In this document: positions 63,026 through 64,000 of the stretch, in pieces
How positions within the stretch are numbered: position 1 is the stretch's first letter
Layout of the letters: the number at the start of each line of letters is the position of its first letter
NCBI RefSeq assembly: GCF_963921235.1
Contig: NC_086107.1
Location: 97,342,001 to 97,406,000 of the forward strand
Direction of reading: 5' to 3'
Length of the DNA stretch: 64,000 nt
Origin: Mobula hypostoma
Lineage: Eukaryota
The notes under the pieces: model-generated
What the model was told of the DNA's origin: nothing
Databases searched by the model: none
What the model saw: only the letters and a program-made list of their open reading frames with translations
Translations under genes and position numbers: made by a program

Positions 63026-63652
63026 CTCTATAGTCAAGGCTGAAACTAGCGGGGTTTTGAACACTAAAGGTATTAGTGGAATCAGGGAATGGGTAGGAAA
63101 GGGGATTTGAGTTGGAGGATCTTGGCAAGTGGTGGAGAGCTGAAGGTGCAACATTTGCCCACTGCTACACTTCTCTAACTCGACTTTGTGATGAAAACTC
63201 CGAGGATGTGTCCAACAGGAGCGAGTGAACTCTGCTCTCAGCTGAAACCAGTTGTACAGAGGTTTAATTTCTGTTTGCTGTGCTTGGTTGTGTCCTGGGC
63301 TGCCCGCTCCAGTGAAGGACCCGCTCGGCCTGTGGCTGTTCCTTGGGAGGACTGAACTCCAGAATCCCCTCCTGCAGTCAGGGTAGGGTTTCCTATGAAC
63401 AGCTAACGGAGGATGGGTGACCCTGCCATGCTGGACGCCCAGAGTAACAGCCAGTGCCTGTTTTACCTGTCTGGGTAGGTGGGTGGGTGTCAGCTGGGGG
63501 GTTTCTGGTAGGAAGTAGTTGTGGTCAGCATCACTCCAGAACAACTCCATTCTCGGTGCAGCCTGTGGCTGTGAAACAACCTGAAAGTGGAATCTTGCTC
63601 AGCGGCTCCTTTCGAGTATGGTGGCACAGCTGTTAGAACTGCTGTCTTTATG

Positions 63653-64000
63653 AGACATAGGAGCAGAATTAGACCATCTGGTCCATTGAGTCTTCTCTGC
63701 CATTCCATCATGGCTGATTTATAGAATATAGAACAGTACAGCACAGGAGCAGGCCATTCGGCCCACAACATTGTGCTGGACCAGCTAAAAAATAAATCAA
63801 AAAATACCCAAAAACCAATCCCTCCAACCTACACAATGTTTATATCCCTCCATCTTCCTCACATCAATGTTCCTGTCAAAACATTCCTTTAAAGCCTCTA
63901 ATGGATTTGCCTCTACCACCATACCAGCTACTCTGAGTAAAAAACTTACCCCTCACATTCACCTTGAACCTACTCCCTCTCATCTTCAATGCATGCCCTC
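63653..64000 (-). mobile_element. Two adjacent/nested CR1 3' ends (about 63653-63720 and 63720-64000, truncated by the window end)
   Basis: AGACATAGGAGCAGAATTAG and ATAGAATATAGAACAGTACAGCAC ends. The second matches 40635-40920. Confidence 0.85.

Noticed and set aside
62897..63550. 217-aa minus-strand ORF
   Set aside because: Runs into SINE sequence and has no recognisable motif.
57900..63650. tRNA genes suggested by A/B-box-like sequences (about 58080-58145, 59063-59115, 63618-63650)
   Set aside because: These are SINE heads with no complete cloverleaf.

Overview
Eukaryotic, repeat-dominated DNA with no recognisable host protein-coding gene. The repeat families (CR1 LINEs with (CATAGAA)n-type tails, V-SINE/HE1-like SINEs, Rex1/Babar-like LINE ends, Penelope-derived palindromes) point to a cartilaginous fish, probably a ray; this is an inference. 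Bases 1-28931 are a homogeneous 31-bp satellite (consensus GTGTGTCAGTATTTACAGGGAGATCGAGGGA, about 930 copies, running off the left edge) with several nested levels of higher-order duplication. All the giant ORFs there are a side-effect of a stop-free 31-mer. The array decays at its right edge, where a three-layer nest of CR1 elements interrupts it, and relic monomers persist to about 38.9 kb. The remainder is a mosaic of LINE, SINE and Penelope fragments, including a near full-length CR1 at 52.5-56.5 kb, plus two non-repetitive regulatory-looking islands. The most notable observations are: (i) minimal hammerhead ribozyme motifs in the abundant palindromic Penelope-derived repeats; (ii) a 623-bp unit flanked by a 10-bp direct repeat that is an inverted copy of nearby DNA bracketed by two such repeats; (iii) a second local inverted duplication. 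All alignments were done by eye, and most boundaries are approximate (about +/-10-30 bp) unless a TSD is quoted.
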